From NCBI GenBank assembly GCA_033762835.1, contig JANRLG010000123.1, positions 1-26,262 on the forward strand: a DNA stretch of 26,262 nt. The letters run 5' to 3'. Made by a program: the position numbers and the translations under genes. Within the stretch, counting starts at the first letter, position 1, and each line of letters opens with the position of its first letter. A model generated the notes under the pieces. It was given only the letters and a program-made list of their open reading frames with translations. It made no database searches and had not been told where the DNA came from. Positions 26,101 through 26,262 of this stretch are shown here, in pieces. Source of the DNA: Thermoanaerobaculia bacterium (GTDB lineage: Bacteria; Acidobacteriota; Thermoanaerobaculia; Multivoradales; DATKCC01).

Positions 26101-26262
26101 CCGGTACCAGCTGCCGGTCTTCGTCCCGTTCGCGAAGGCATGTTCGATCTCGTAGTCGGCTTCCGAGGACGAAGAGGCCAAGCACAACCACTGGTCGGCC
26201 GTGAGATTGGCCGTGCCGAGGCTGGCATTGTTGCGTCGGTCGCTGCCCAGGCGGTACTCGAA
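23173..26262 (-). CDS. RHS/YD-repeat polymorphic toxin, 3' portion (5' end lies beyond the window); C-terminal ~175-aa variable domain with a hydrophobic Gly/Ala segment and coiled coil
   Basis: The reading frame is open from the window edge; the ORF-track 'M' at 26187 is a TTG inside a continuous frame (upstream codons read FEYRLGSDRRNNASLGTANLTADQW). Multiple YD repeats (RYDALGNL, TYDALGNPSD, FRYDPSSQLV, YQYDLFGNLTQ). RHS core: DHLGSTRRITD...WPYGE...RFTGHERD...ARYYSPWLGRFLSTDP...LYSYVQGNPLTLVDPDGR. A variable tail follows DPDGR, about 23173-23700. Confidence 0.85.
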   Translation of the reverse strand, partial: FEYRLGSDRRNNASLGTANLTADQWLCLASSSSEADYEIEHAFANGTKTGSWYRKGGTRFFPLADTEVDRLGNTTVSRDAAGRATSLTLDDRSRIVSVTEPSGLVTTTQFDTPGRHTVREAKSGGTLLQRGEYFFDRFGRLERELQRLPAVNTSGFQDAERCIEYLPNSQVKRQSAFAAACPSVASDSGWTRFKFYDPFGKPGEVIAPDGKSTRFTLYGEQTKVVRAYIETGAAGNPEVHTKFLTDRRGNLARVVENESAIPGHAVRQTIYQYDVGGHLTKTTQSCRENCPAGYTGPQERRFGYDQRGFVKWQELPELGTTDHATVKFERYDALGNLGTRRFEETDPAGPAAFDLDFNYDRAGRPTQVIDRSTGKPVKEYFYATENRTEGAQTDYRAGKLVMAKRWNPIYGLRGESGLGVVVTEILGYWDVAGRLTTRETRSSDGTVFRNQVTYDALGNPSDIEYPTCIYPAACAAALPPRKVRTTYGFGLPTRIEQTGTGAQPFASAIEYFPNGLWSKAVHANGTADFLTLHDAFMPLVGSLRSERNSNTFFTTGTLSFDTAGNVTAAGADTFRYDPSSQLVFAQLAGLGSQAYQYDLFGNLTQLGSRVLKPDPLSNRLTPSNNEWIDYDQNGNLTGYFDTTRWFDSFNQLSGETGPGVFRDMLYTVDDERVMVRDYMTGEEIWSLRGPDNKLLRQAATTTDRTGPWSWKRDQIFRAGSLFAAVLPQGTGQKVQHYHLDHLGSTRRITDGVTGLPIGDEMKHWPYGEVAADNVDGPEPLRFTGHERDYGCAAASCAAQVGLRDDLDYMHARYYSPWLGRFLSTDPAGASPANPKSWNLYSYVQGNPLTLVDPDGRAGKAPEEVTSMGPAGWWVWLEAYSPLGHAVETAGAGLAAVVGTVALGAVDAVIIHPVAVANKEFRMEMLQEAGPGAFPTTRILWGTIGTFVEGLWRGHEVVKLESQLQQVGTELSLVTRRIVSAQTVDERYALEAYYKDRLEKLRAELEEIRRRLRELEEGAEQEEPEERPSG

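Noticed and set aside
1-26262. CRISPR arrays, tRNA/rRNA genes, IS elements or integrases
   Set aside because: No short direct repeats with regular spacers, no cloverleaf-like tRNA candidates noticed, and no transposase or integrase-like ORFs in any frame. The only repeats are the 16-nt tandem duplication and short terminator hairpins.

Overview
This window is about 70% GC and looks like a bacterial chromosomal segment. The gene content fits a soil lineage such as Acidobacteria, Planctomycetes or Deltaproteobacteria: a PF07638-like ECF sigma factor with paired TPR Ser/Thr kinases, an RHS protein, and an MMPL exporter. That lineage assignment is inference. I can support 17 protein-coding genes plus a few terminator-like hairpins. 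No tRNA, rRNA, CRISPR array, transposase or integrase is evident.

Genes in order:
- An MMPL/RND exporter.
- Two tandem paralogous secreted 4-Cys proteins of unknown function.
- A secreted M14 zinc carboxypeptidase.
- A DUF427 protein.
- An ECF sigma factor whose stop overlaps the start of the first of two tandemly duplicated membrane-anchored Ser/Thr kinases with large TPR domains.
- A three-gene minus-strand operon: small secreted protein, O6-alkylguanine-DNA methyltransferase, quinone oxidoreductase.
- A flotillin-like SPFH protein.
- A CHAT-protease operon (described below).
- A periplasmic S9 (DPP-IV-like) peptidase.
- The 3' 3.1 kb of an RHS/YD-repeat polymorphic-toxin gene that runs off the window edge.

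The most interesting locus is a tightly packed minus-strand operon at 16917-20565. It encodes a CHAT (caspase-like) protease, then a 2-TM membrane protein, then a 4-TM coiled-coil membrane protein. The last gene has about 50% GC and AT-ending codons in a 70% GC background. This looks like a candidate protease-plus-membrane-effector conflict or cell-death module that I cannot assign to a described system.

The strong GC bias creates several very long spurious antisense ORFs (760, 979, 545 and 358 aa). I rejected these as artefacts.
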